DNA of 64,000 nt from Eledone cirrhosa (GCA_964016885.1 OZ024740.1:307644001-307708000), one strand, 5' to 3'. Counted from the first letter of the stretch, positions 11,204 through 29,264 are shown. Notes: generated by a model not told the origin, from the sequence alone. Translations and numbers: made by a program.

Positions 11204-12605
11204 GGAGGTGAGTTTTATTGTAGTACAATAAAGCAATGCAGAACTCTCTCAGAACTCATATGGTCCTTAAAAGACAAAAACATTAAATATACATTAAATA
11301 TACCATCTTTTGGAAGAAGATTTCTTCTGCATCCTCATACTTGAACAGCTCTCTATCTAAAATCTGTAATCTCTGCCTAAATGAAAAAATTACCATTATC
11401 TCTAACCTAGATTCTATAATAAATAGACGCTCAGATTTGTTTTCTATCTGCCTGCATAAATTCCATAGAACTTTTCACAAAGTATACAGTTAATATTCAA
11501 TTCTTTATCAATTTAGAATCTTTTCTCAAAGGCACATATACATACACCTCTTTAAAATATACCCATCTACCTTACTTTAAAGGGCATTATACACTCTATA
11601 ATACTCGTTTACTCATTACCCTCATTCTATCTTCTTGTAAAATCATAACATTTGTTTTGTCATTAGAATATTCATCCGCAATCATTATTATTTTTTCTCT
11701 CTATCATAAATCTTTTTAATCTCAATTTCATCCTTAATTTATTATTATTTTTTTCTCCCCATCAACGAACTCATTATTAATACATATTAACTCTTTATTC
11801 GCACATATTATCAATTCAATCAATATACAAACTTTAACTTCACATTATTTTTCTCAAATCCTTCTACACACAAACCTTAACAATTTTTCTCTTCGCTAAT
11901 TTTGAAATTGCCACAATACATACATTTCTTATTTTGACGTTAGAATATTCACCCACAATTATTATTTTTTTCTCTCTATCTTCATACATAATTTCCCTTC
12001 GTTAATTTTCAAATTCCTTTAATTTATACATTATCTTCCAACGGTTCCCAACCTCTCTATATTAAAACAATATATCTTTTTCTCAGTTATAAAAACTATC
12101 TCTTTCTCTCTATCACCCATCTCTCCCTCTCCACCTTCACTCTCATCTCCTCCCCCTTTTTTTCATCCTTTCCACCCCCCCTCCCTAAATAAAATATTTT
12201 TTCCTCGCACATATCCTCCCTTCGTTAATTTTCAAAATTTTTAATTTATACAGTATCTTCCAACGGTTTTCAACCTCTCTATGTAAAAAATATATCTCCT
12301 CTCAGTTATAAAAACTATCTCTTTCTCTCTATCACCCATCTCTCCCTCTCATCTCCTTCCCTTTTCATCCTCCCCCCCCCTCTCTAAATAAAATATTTTT
12401 CCCAATATCACACATCAATCTAAAACCACTTTTCATATGTTGATTTAAAACGGCACTATCCACAAGTGTTTTTTAGCCTTCATATCATGTTCTCCTATTT
12501 TATCTGATGAAAACACAAATATTATTGCATGATGATGTTTGTTTTTGAAATGCGCATAATAAAATATATGGAACTCCTTTAACCATCTTTTGATCTTATA
12601 TTATA
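11201..12605 (+). mobile_element. 5'-truncated PLE with classic architecture: inverted pLTR tail (11201-11242), GIY-YIG C-terminus (11245-11493), 3' UTR with a ~200-bp tandem duplication, and a 3' pLTR with hammerhead
   Basis: LSELIWSLKDKNIKY..FWKKISSASSY..KICNLCLNEKITI..INRRSDLFSICLHK*. 11201-11242 is the reverse complement of 21854-21895. The duplication is ~11990-12200 versus ~12215-12400. Confidence 0.85.
12496..12566 (+). ncRNA. Minimal type-I hammerhead ribozyme, family B copy 1
   Basis: tattttat CTGATGA aaacacaaatattatt..gatgatgtttgttttt GAAA tgcgca TA ataaaata, with a perfect 8-bp stem I and palindromic stem III. Confidence 0.9.
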
Positions 12606-12621
12606 TATATATTATATATAT

Positions 12622-13302
12622 ATTTCGTTTCTGAATTTGTTTAGCAAGATTCTTTATCTGAAAACGTGTGTTGAAACCGATATTGTTATACTTTGGTTTG
12701 GGAGGGTCATGTTGCCAATAAGAAACACACGCATCAGTTGCTTTCACTTCAATTTATTATAAATTAAATTTATAAATTTCCGGTTGGTTGGTTCCACAAC
12801 CAAACGATTGTTCATATATTGTCAAAGTTCTTTCGTCACAGTGACTGGGGATTCTTTTCTTTGTTTTTGTGCATCTCCTTTGTTCTGTCCTACGCCATCT
12901 TGTTTTTGTGTGTGTTGTGTGCTTAGTTTGCGCATGTGTTACATCCGGGTGTCTGTGTGTGTTTATATTTGTTTATTTATTTGTTTATTTACATGTTACT
13001 GGTTGGTTTTTTGTTCTATGTGTGTGTGTGTTTTCATTTTGTCCTTAATTGTAAGTTGTGATGTTGCTATTCCATTCATGTTTTCTATTTAATTTATAAT
13101 AAATAGAAGTGAATGCAACTGGTGCGTGTGTTTCTTATTGGCAACATGACCCTCCCAAAGTATAACAACTTACAATTAAGGACAAAATGAAAACACACAC
13201 ACACATAGAACAAAAAACCAACCAGTAACATGTAAATAAACAAATAAATAAACAAATATAAACACACACAGACACCCGGATGTAACACATGCGCAAACTA
13301 AG
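12622..13302 (-). mobile_element. Rearranged second copy of the 3037-3940 PLE 3' end, with nested inverted duplications
   Basis: 12840-13092 matches 3055-3301. 12923-13059 is inverted at 13165-13302, and 12684-12765 is inverted at 13093-13168. The minus strand reads gtca ctg-tgac GAAA gaac TT tgac, a hammerhead with its core deleted. Confidence 0.8.
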
Positions 13303-13304
13303 TA

Positions 13305-13422
13305 AGTTCTTAATTCTATATAGCGGTATTTTACCATTCTTAAGTAAGAATATATATATATATATATATATATATATTCTTACTTAAGAATGGTAAAATA
13401 CCGCTATATAGAATTAAGAACT
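13305..13422. repeat. Perfect palindrome centred on (TA)n
   Basis: agttcttaattctatatagcggtattttaccattcttaagtaagaa-(TA)n-reverse complement. Confidence 0.95.
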
Positions 13423-13564
13423 CTCGGGATTTTACCATTCAATGTTTGTAAAGGAAGAAAAGTCATTTTGGTGCAGAATATACCTCTTCAATTGATTTTT
13501 TTCTCCTTCCTCTTCAACACCTTTGTCTGCTTCCAGCATAACTTAAGCAATATTTACCTTAACC

Positions 13565-14055
13565 TCTCCTTTTCTCATTGCTCTCCTTTTCTCATTGCTC
13601 TCCTTTTATCCTTGCTCTCCTCTTATCCTTGCTCTCCTTATCTCCTTGCACTCCTTGCCCTCTTTTTCGCGTTGCTCTCCTTGCTCTCTTTGCTCTCCTT
13701 TTCTCATTGCTCTCCTATTCTCATCACTCTCCTTGCTCTCCTTTTCTCGTTTCTCCCCTTGCTCTCCTTGCTCTTCTTTTCTCATCGTTCTCGTTGCTCT
13801 CCTTTTCTCGTTGCTCTACTTGCTCTCTTTACTCTCCTTTACTCATTGCTTTCCCTTTCTCCTTACTCTCTGTGCTCTCCTTTTCTCATTGCTCTCCTTA
13901 CTCTCCTATTCTCATTGCTCTCCTTTTCGCATCGCTCTCCTTGCTCTCCTTGCTTTCCTTTTCTCATTGTTTTCCTTTTATCCTTACTCTCCTTTTCTCA
14001 TTGCCCTCCTTTTCTCCTTATTCTCCTTTTCTCCTTACTCTCCCTTTCTCCTTGT
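13565..14055. repeat. Pyrimidine-rich minisatellite (ttgctctcc / ttttctc units)
   Basis: Repeating ttgctctcc and ttttctca units; these explain the Leu/Ser-rich ORFs. Confidence 0.9.
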
Positions 14056-14193
14056 GTCTATATACTTGTTTATATACAAATACAAGGAGAAAAGGGGAGC
14101 AAGGAGAAATATGAAAGCAAGGATAGTAAGGAGAATATTTATATACATATCATATATATATATATATATGTATATATGTATATATATATATAT

Positions 14194-14497
14194 CAGTTGT
14201 TCCCAAACTTTTCCAAATTTTTTTCTCAGCGGTCTCCTTACCATTTTTTGGATGCCTGGTGGTCCGCTATCATATTATGGCAGCATTTCCAAAATTTTTC
14301 AAAGACAAACTTTTATGAAATGCATGACAATATATAATGCGGCAATGAACCTCCTATGGTTTGCACGTTAGCGTCAAAAGTTTATCCAAGGAAAATTGCT
14401 TCCTAGATTTAAAACTTCAATCACAGTATACCATGAACATTTGGCTAAGCGTTCGCGGTCTCCTAGGCGACCGCGGACCCCAGTTTGGGAACGACAC
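14194..14497. mobile_element. hAT (Charlie-like) MITE
   Basis: Terminal inverted repeats cagttgttcccaaact and agtttgggaacgaca, with subterminal cgcggacccc. Confidence 0.7.
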
Positions 14498-15147
14498 CCT
14501 AACGGATAGTACGAACTATACGCGGATATTTTACGTCTTGATACGGTAGCTAAGTATATGTTATGTTTGTATAGGTAAGTATATATTACCTGTATATATT
14601 ACTCGTACGTATATTTGCTTGTATATGTTATAGGCGTATATATTATATTATATATACTGGTACATGTGCATATGGTTATGTGTGTACGTGAGTTTTGCGT
14701 CTGTGTGAGTATGCGGGTTCGTACGTATGTAGGGTGTGTGTATATGTGTACTTTCTGTTTTGGTTGACGTAGGTTTAGAGAACATATGTATATTTACATG
14801 TAGGTATGTGTGTGCGCGCGTTATATACGTATTTATGTGTGTATATTTATATACGTTTATATAATTATATGTATACACACACACACACATATATTTTTTT
14901 TTTTTTTTGTATTTGGTGTATACGTTCGTATGTGTGCGGGTACAGGCGTTGCGTGGGTTCTCTATGTGCGTGCGTGTTTTTTTTGGTGTACGTGCTTGTA
15001 TTTGCATACCCATGGCGGGTGTTTTCACGTATGCATGTGTATGGATGCGTGCATGTATATATTTAATTTTTGTTGATTTCAATTACCTCTGTAATTTATT
15101 TACATTATTCTTAACTCTGAAGCCGAAAATCACTCGGTTTCCTAAAT

Positions 15148-15425
15148 AGAATTTTAATCTACGACTTCAGTTATACCATTTACGTGGTTTTGTCTTTACG
15201 TGTAATTGTTCTCTCGCACCACATAACGACGTATTATCTTCGTTTTTTTCGTTCATTGCCAGAGAACGTCTCCACGAACCACCTAATAGAATATTAGTCT
15301 ACGACTTCATTTATACGATAAACGTGGTTTTGTCTTTGCGTGTAATTGTTTTCACCGCTCTAAATAATGACGTATTATCTTCGTTTTTTTTTTCGTTCTT
15401 TGCCAGGGAACGTTTCCACGAACCA
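15148..15425. repeat. ~140-bp diverged tandem duplication
   Basis: tctacgacttca..cgtggttttgtcttt..cgtattatcttcg..ccacgaacca occurs twice (15158 and 15298). Confidence 0.85.
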
Positions 15426-16221
15426 AAGTATCGTCTTCCTGTCTTCCTTCGGTTGCAACGTTTTTCGAAATATTTACTTCTGCGTTCACAGATAGATTTT
15501 TTTAGTTTCAGAATATCCCGTTAAGGGTGAAAGAAGCGATTCTTTGCTTAACATTTAATCTGTTATTTTAATAAATATTTTCCTTATCGACCCATCTTTG
15601 GATTTTAGTCTTCAAATTTATTATTATTACTATATATATATATATATTACTCAATATCGAGTACTCATTTCTCTTAGTAGGGTATATGTAGGGTGGCCCC
15701 TAGCAATAGGTAATTTTCCGAAAGTTAAAATGTTGCTGTTCCCACAGTGAATTATAGGTGTTTGCCCTATACCTGCGCTCTGTTCCCAGCTTTGCAAATA
15801 GCCTTCCCCATTATATTTATTGTCATTTATCCTTAAAATACTAAGAATAAGTCTGAACAAGTTTTTAATTTAAGAGAAAATTATATAAGAGAAAAAAATG
15901 TTATCTGAAAAAATGACTTTCCGGGCGAAAACTTCAAAATGTCACGGTCGATGAGGGTCCTCTTGCAATTGTCCGCTTGAGCTAAAGTTTTGCATAGGTT
16001 GGTTTTTTGTTAATTGGAACAAGATAGGGGGGGGGGGGGGCTTTATAAAGTTGAAAAATAAGGGCCACCCTAACATATATATATATATGCAGAGGTTATA
16101 TTTAATTTGTTGGGATACAACAAGCTTTAAAATATTTTTCTCTATCCAGGAAGCTCCAACCGTTAAGGTTGTCTTTTTTTCAGGTTATGTCAATATTTAT
16201 TTATAAAACTAACCTGTATTG

Positions 16222-16287
16222 TATTTTATCTGATGAAAGCGCACCATAATTTGCCTTGGTGGCCCTTGAAATATGTATAATAAAATA
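16222..16287 (+). ncRNA. Minimal hammerhead, family A copy 2
   Basis: tattttat CTGATGA aagcgcacca..tggtggccctt GAAA tatgta TA ataaaata. Confidence 0.9.
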
Positions 16288-16324
16288 AATATGGTTTTAT
16301 AAATATAGTTTCCATTTGTTAATA

Positions 16325-17350
<1,026 letters not shown>

Positions 17351-17648
17351 GGATAGTAAGAATCGATCTTATAACACCTCTCTGAGATCTTCTAATACCA
17401 TTCCACCTGTATAATTCTTACAAACACACACAGTGTGGATACATGTGTCTAGACAATACCTGTCCTTTGCCTTCTATATTACTGCTCCAAATGAAATAAT
17501 TAATTTTTTATTTTAATTTATATTGGTGAGGTGAAGTTTAGGTTCCAATAATGTCTATATCTATGTAGCACTTTGATCAACCTATATTTTTCTCAGACAA
17601 CTTGATTAATTATTTCATGTATTAATCAATATTTTAACACACACACAC

Positions 17649-17705
<57 letters not shown>

Positions 17706-17712
<7 letters not shown>

Positions 17713-18060
17713 GTGAGGTTTTTTTTACAAAATGAAAAATAACCGAGGTGTCCTACACGAGTGAAAGTATAAAGAAAAAGAGATGAAATCGAAAATGCAA
17801 CTGGAGTCTTATTTTTTTTTAAAATATATATATTTATTTGGTTCCTTTACCGGTTTCGCAGTTCTTCTGCTTTTCAAAAGGTGAGTTGAGATGGAGGGTC
17901 TGTGGTTTTTCTCACATCTGTGAGAAAAACCACAGACCCTCCATCTCAACTCACCTTTTGAAAAGCAGAAGAACTGCGAAACCGGTAAAGGAACCAAATA
18001 AATATATATATTTTTAAAAAAAATAAGACTCCAGTTGCATTTTCGATTTCATCTCTTTTT

Positions 18061-18067
<7 letters not shown>
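17706..18067. mobile_element. Near-perfect 300-bp fold-back pLTR carrying one hammerhead on each strand
   Basis: Arms 17768-17916 and 17919-18067 with a 2-nt loop. A third short piece lies at 18146-18171. Confidence 0.9.
17954..17991 (+). ncRNA. Minimal hammerhead with U3-A8 core (mirror copy at 17844-17881, minus strand)
   Basis: cctt TTGAAAA gcag-aagaa-ctgc GAAA ccgg TA aagg. Confidence 0.8.
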
Positions 18068-18152
<85 letters not shown>

Positions 18153-18700
18153 AAAAAGAGATGAAATCGAATACTGGTACTTACATTATAATGCCTGTTT
18201 TATACGAACTAATATTTTCTACGGATAAAACATAGCGGTTTTAAATTCTGCATCGTTTATGTCTGGTTATGTTTCATTTTCTCTTTTTCATTTTCTCTTT
18301 TTTCTCTCTATATAACGGCTATTTTCTCTCTTAACTACATACATCTCTCTTTACATTAATACTAGAGCTAAATAAATAAATAAATAAATAAATAAATGTA
18401 TCAACCGATACTCAACTTCCTAATTTCTCTATCTATCTCTATCTATCTCTTTCTTTTTTCCTCTCTCTATATATATTTCTCTCTGTTTCTTTACATGAAG
18501 TTCTTCTCTTTATCTATCTTTCTATATCCCTCTATTTAGTCACATACATTTCTTCTTTTTCTTCGTTTCTCTTTCTTTCTCTCTTTATCTCTTTCTTTTT
18601 ACAACTGTCCACAATATTTGTTACTGCCAAATCAACCTCACAAATGCAAGGTGATTGAAAGGTATGTCGTATCTATTTATTTATAAGACTGTTTATATTG

Positions 18701-18766
18701 TATTTTGTCTGAAGATGGCATAACATATTGTTAATATGATATCCCTGAAATATATATAACGAAATA
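18701..18766 (+). ncRNA. Minimal hammerhead, family A diverged copy 3, followed by the conserved hairpin at 18814-18836
   Basis: tattttgt CTGAAGA tggcataacatatt..aatatgatatccct GAAA tatata TA acgaaata. Stem I has a compensatory A-U to G-C change relative to copy 2. Confidence 0.85.
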
Positions 18767-18894
18767 AATATGGTTTTATAAATATAGTTTCCATTTATTT
18801 AATATCATAAATATACTCCAAATACTTGTTGAGTGCTTTTATATCAGTTATAAATATTTACTCGTTGTTAACCCAACAATTTAAATATAACTTT

Positions 18895-18961
<67 letters not shown>

Positions 18962-19005
18962 AAAAGATGAATATAAAATGAAAGTGCTTTTATAAAGGAA
19001 TTTCT

Positions 19006-19045
19006 TAGGTATTGACATATGTTTCTGGAACAGGCGGAATACCTA
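19006..19045 (-). ncRNA. Hammerhead remnant with deleted CUGANGA core
   Basis: The minus strand reads taggtatt ccgcctgttcca GAAA catatg TC aataccta, with an 8-bp stem I, palindromic stem III and a GUC triplet. Confidence 0.6.
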
Positions 19046-19146
19046 TGTATCGCTGCTTGCGTAATCATATAATGTTAGCAAGTATTCGATAGCAAATGTT
19101 CATCTCTAACGTGCCGATGTATTATCACTACATTATTGATAACTTG

Positions 19147-19218
<72 letters not shown>

Positions 19219-19371
19219 GTGTGTGTGTGTTAAAATATTGATTAATACATGAAGTAATTAATCAAGTTGTCTGAAAAAAATATAGGTTGATCAAAGTGCT
19301 ACATAGATATAGACACTATTGGAACCTGAACTTCACCTCACCAATATAAATTTTATATATATACATATATA

Positions 19372-19717
19372 TCCAGGGAGTGTAACGCGGAGTTACTGTA
19401 GGTTCACCGGGTGAGCACTCGGTGTCGAGGTGTAGAGCTAGGCGGAGTGTAGTATAATAAAATAAAACAAGGAAGAGAGGTTACTCCTTCGTTACGTTTA
19501 CTGGTTGGTGACGCGCTTGTCGCTTTTGATCAGCTCAAGGTTCGATCTGTATCGATCTAGCCCGACTCTGTAATCAACTGCAGGTCCGGCGAGCAGTTGA
19601 CTACAGAGTCGGGCTAGATCGATACAGATCGAACCTTGAGCTGATCAATAGCGACAAGCGCGTCACCAACCAATAAACGTAATGAAGGAGTAACTTCTCG
19701 TCCTTGTTTTATTTTAT
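19372..19717. mobile_element. Fold-back pLTR-like remnant (125-bp arms) with a minus-strand tail carrying cactc..gagtgc
   Basis: Arms 19457-19581 and 19593-19717 with loop aggtccggcga. The hammerhead-like segment ctgatca..gc gacaa gcgc gtc is atypical. Confidence 0.7.
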
Positions 19718-19826
19718 AACACATAAACACACACACACACACACATATATATATAAACATACATATATATATATATAAACATACATATATATATAAACAT
19801 AGATATATATAAACATATATATATAT

Positions 19827-20009
19827 TTGTTTCTACTTTAGGCACAAGGCCAGCAATAACACCAGTTCATTACTGGTACTTTATTTTATCGACCCCGTAA
19901 GGATGAAAGGCAAAGTCAACCTCGGTGGGATTTGAACTCAGATCGTAAAGGGACGTAAGTATGCTGGAAAGCATGGCGTCCGACCCTCTACCGATACTGC
20001 CAATCCACC
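19827..20009 (-). mobile_element. SINE S1
   Basis: Full-length reverse complement of the 5722 family. Confidence 0.85.
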
Positions 20010-20097
20010 TCATACATATATATATATAAGCATATATATATATATATATATAAACACACACACACGCATATATATATATATATATATATATAAACAT

Positions 20098-20164
<67 letters not shown>

Positions 20165-20254
20165 AACATATATATATATATATAAACATATATATATATA
20201 TATAAACATATATATATATATATATAAACATATATACATATATATATATAAACA

Positions 20255-20284
20255 TACATATATGTATACAGACGTACAGTAGCA

Positions 20285-20352
<68 letters not shown>

Positions 20353-20779
20353 CAGGTACACATATATATATGTACGTATCAGTTTAGCGGACGTTTATTA
20401 TAACGCCCGCTTTGTCCGTTTGTAAACAAACGGACAGCCTGATTTATGCCGTACGGTGTTAAGGCAACCACGTCACCTTTTTGTTCAACACTGACACAGG
20501 AACGATGTACTAGTTTCAAGCTTCTTAGCTATCATCAGCACCGTATACCCTTCTGTCAGATGGTTGAACGTTTGAAAGTATATACTTTCCTTATGAAAAT
20601 TAACGGCTGAGCAGCCTAATTTGCATATCGAGTGAGTTCAGTCGGCCAGGTGTACCGAAAACGATAAGTTGTAATAGAATGAAACGAAATTTCATTTCTC
20701 ACTCTTAGTACGGCACTTACTTAAATGTAAGTATGTATGTATACGTACATACATATATGTATACAGACGTACAGTAGCA

Positions 20780-20847
<68 letters not shown>

Positions 20848-21114
20848 CAGGTACACATATATATATGTACGTATCAGATTAGCGGACGTTTATTATAACG
20901 CCTGCTTTGTCCGTTTGTAAACAAACGGACAGCCTGATTTAAGAAGCTTGAAACTAGTACATCGTTCCTGTATCAGTGTTGAACAAAAAGGTGACTTGGT
21001 TACCTTAACACCGTACGGCAGAAATCAGGCTGTCCGTTTGTTTACAAACGGACAAAGCGGGCGTTATAATAAACGTCCGCTAAACTGATACGTACATATA
21101 TATATGTGTACCTG

Positions 21115-21180
<66 letters not shown>

Positions 21181-21291
21181 TGCTACTGTACGTCTGTATA
21201 CATATATGTATGTACGTATACATACATACTTACATTTAAGTAAGTGCCTTACTAAGAGTGAGAAATGAAATTTCGTTTCATTCTATTACAA
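20255..21291. mobile_element. Complex tandem and inverted pLTR cluster
   Basis: 20255-20445 is directly repeated at 20746-20940. 20669-20940 is inverted at 21022-21291, and 20941-21021 is the inverted copy of ~20445-20526. Confidence 0.85.
20502..20544 (-). ncRNA. Minimal type-I hammerhead, family C
   Basis: The minus strand reads acggtg CTGATGA tagct-aaga-agctt GAAA ctag TA catcgt. Confidence 0.88.
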
Positions 21292-21313
21292 CATATATAT
21301 ATATATATATGAC

Positions 21314-21503
21314 AATGTTTAATCCCGACGGCAGAGCTCAAGCCGTTTCGACGGCTATTTCTGGACAGTCCAGAAATAGCCGTCGAAACGGCTTGAGCTC
21401 TGCCGTCGGGGTTAAACATTCTCCTATTACCCATTCTACTACCCTAAGTATTGAGTACTCTGGTACGTTAAGGTCCATCTGGTTCCTTACCATACCTCCT
21501 TCG

Positions 21504-21505
<2 letters not shown>
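21314..21505 (+). mobile_element. Fold-back pLTR remnant (GC-rich ~52-bp hairpin arms) plus conserved bulged hairpin at 21433-21458
   Basis: aatgtttaatcccgacggc..tctggac-a-gtccaga..gccgtcggggttaaacatt contains gccgtc GAAA cggc. The hairpin is attc-tact-acccta-agta-tt-gagtac. Confidence 0.7.
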
Positions 21506-21550
<45 letters not shown>

Positions 21551-21557
<7 letters not shown>

Positions 21558-21895
21558 AGATCAAAAGATGGTTAAAGGAGTTCAATATATTTTATTATGC
21601 GCATTTCAAAAACAAACATCATCAAACAATAATATTTGTGTTTTCATCAGATAAAACAGGAGAACATGATATGTTTTATCTGATGTTTTATCTGATGAAA
21701 ACACAAATATTATTGTTTGATGATGTTTGTTTTTTGATGATGTTTGTTTTTGAAATGCGCATAATAAAATATATTGAACTCCTTTAACCATCTTTTGATC
21801 TTATATTATGCATACTCCAGTCCCACAAACTGTAGAGTGCTTCTTATCCGATATCTGCATTGCTTTATTGTACTACAATAAAACTCACCTCCTAC

Positions 21896-21897
<2 letters not shown>
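21551..21897. mobile_element. Inverted pair of family-B pLTRs, each with a hammerhead (21588-21657 minus; 21685-21771 plus), and a tail with the conserved hairpin (21813-21840)
   Basis: Both copies match 12496-12605. The plus copy has micro-duplications (ttttatctgatg twice; tgatgatgtttgttttt twice). Confidence 0.9.
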
Positions 21898-21963
<66 letters not shown>

Positions 21964-22175
21964 CAACAAGTACAAAACTCAAACTTTTACCTTACGATTT
22001 GTGTATTACAAATCACTACCTCATACATCCTATAAATATTTTAACGACATTTGAACTCAAACTGGATAATATGGACATATTCCATATCTGGGAAGGATGC
22101 TACCAATAGTATACGTGGCGATGTAATATTGAAACGAGGTAAGTTTTCCTTCTCTGAATAAACAGTAAACAAATA

Positions 22176-22179
<4 letters not shown>

Positions 22180-22242
<63 letters not shown>

Positions 22243-22585
22243 GTGTGTGTGTGTGTATGTGTGTGTGTGCGTGTATATGTGAGTGTGTGTGAGTGTGTGT
22301 CTGTGTATGTGAGTGAGTATATGTGTGTGGGAGTCTGTGTATGTGGATGGGTATCTGTGTGTGTGTGTGTGAGTGTGTGTGTGTGTGTGTGTGCGTATAT
22401 GTATGGGTGTGTGTATGTGCGTATATGTATGTATGTGTGTGTGTGTGTGTGTTGTCTGTGCGTGTGTATGTGTATCTGTATGTGTATGTGTGTGCGTGTG
22501 AGTGTGTATGTGTATGTGTGGATGAGTGTTTGTTTGCATATGTGAATGTCTGTGGTGTGTGGATGCCTATGTGTGTGTGTGTGTT
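22180..22585. repeat. (TG)n compound microsatellite
   Basis: Direct reading. Confidence 0.95.
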
Positions 22586-22789
22586 TCTCTAGCTATCAAT
22601 CCTTGCTAGTATCAACACACCCTTCCTAACACGCTAGTATATAAAAAAAAAAAGTTCTCCATAAAAAGCACAGCGGCAATATTTGCAGAGGAAAACTCCA
22701 AAGAGAAAATTAAGGAAAGCAAAACTGGAATAATTCCAAAACAAAAAGCATTCTCCCCTACCCTCACAGAGAAGACATGCAGTGTAATG

Positions 22790-23455
22790 GAAAACACAAG
22801 AAAGACATGATTAAAGAAAAAAGAGAAAAATAAATGAAAATGAAAAAAAAAGCAAAAAGAATGAAAAAAGGAAAAAAGAGAGAAAGAAAGAAAAATATAA
22901 GTAAAAAGAAAGAATGAAATAAAGAGAGAAAGAAAGAAAAGGAAAGAAAGGATAGAAAGAATAAAATAAAGAAGAAAGAAAGAATAATATAAGTAAAAAA
23001 AAAGAAAGAAAGAATGAAATAAAGAGAGAAAGAAGGAAAAATATAAGTGAAAAAAGAAAGAAAGAATGAAATAAAGAGAGAAAGAAAGAAAATGAAAGAA
23101 AGAAAAAAGAAATAAAGATAAATGAAAGAAAGTAAGAAAGAGGTGTGGAAAGAAAAAAAGATGGAAAGGAGGAAAGAAAGAAACAAGGTAAAAAAGTAAA
23201 AAGAAAAGGAAAGATGGAAAAAAGAAAAAAGATAAATGAAAGAAAGTAAAAAAAAGGCGTGGAAAGAAAAAAAAGAAGGAAAGAAGGAAAGAAAGAAACA
23301 AGGTAAGAAAGTAAAAAGAAAAGGAAAGATGGAATAAAAAACAGTAAGAAAAATAAGACAAGAAAGAAAAGAAAAAAAGAAAAGAGAGAGAGCAGGAACG
23401 AGAAAAATAAGACAAGAAAGAAAAGTAAAAAAGAAAAGAGAGAAAGCAGGAACGA
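22790..23455. repeat. Purine-rich (GAAA/AAG) low-complexity tract with internal tandem duplications
   Basis: Repeated aagaatgaaataaagagagaaagaa and gataaatgaaagaaagtaa units. Confidence 0.85.
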
Positions 23456-23885
23456 AAACGGGCTTAATGTGTATATATCATGTAATTTTTGCAATTTTTA
23501 CATTTATAAATTTTGGCATCTCTTTTTTAGGGACCTCGCATTGTTTCAAAAGTCAACCCTATTAAAATTAATAGGTGTTTCCACGGGCACATCACGTGAT
23601 AGTAAGCCATTTCGCCTGGCCACCATATCAAATGGCCTCGAAGCAGCCTTTAGCGATCGGTGTTTCCACCGAAATGTTCCTATCTAGCTGGAGTTGTTTT
23701 TAAGATCTCTGTAGGTCAAGGTCAGATTCTGCCTACTTCTCTCTAATCATCCTCCAGCCTTCACTCTCTTTTCCGATCACCCCCACTCCATCACACCAAT
23801 CTAAATATCTTTGCTTTCCATTCGTTCGTTTTCTAGCGTTTGCGTTTCCTTTTATTTTTTTCTTTCCCCTTTTAAGTACACGCAG

Positions 23886-29210
<5,325 letters not shown>

Positions 29211-29212
29211 TA

Positions 29213-29264
<52 letters not shown>

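Larger units (their letters stand above)
17515..19353. repeat. Long-range inverted repeat (~140-bp arms 17515-17655 and 19212-19353) bracketing several hammerhead loci
   Basis: tatattggtgaggtgaagtttaggttccaa..ttttaacacacacac is present in reverse complement at 19215-19350 with few mismatches. Confidence 0.85.

Noticed and set aside
13390-14371. 315-aa Leu/Ser-rich 'membrane protein' ORF, and Phe-rich ORFs at 22.6-23.5 kb
   Set aside because: They are products of pyrimidine or purine low-complexity repeats.
22085-22160. gaaa-cgagg-ta..aataaa as hammerhead 3' half
   Set aside because: There is no recognisable CUGANGA and the stems are only weak; too degenerate to call.
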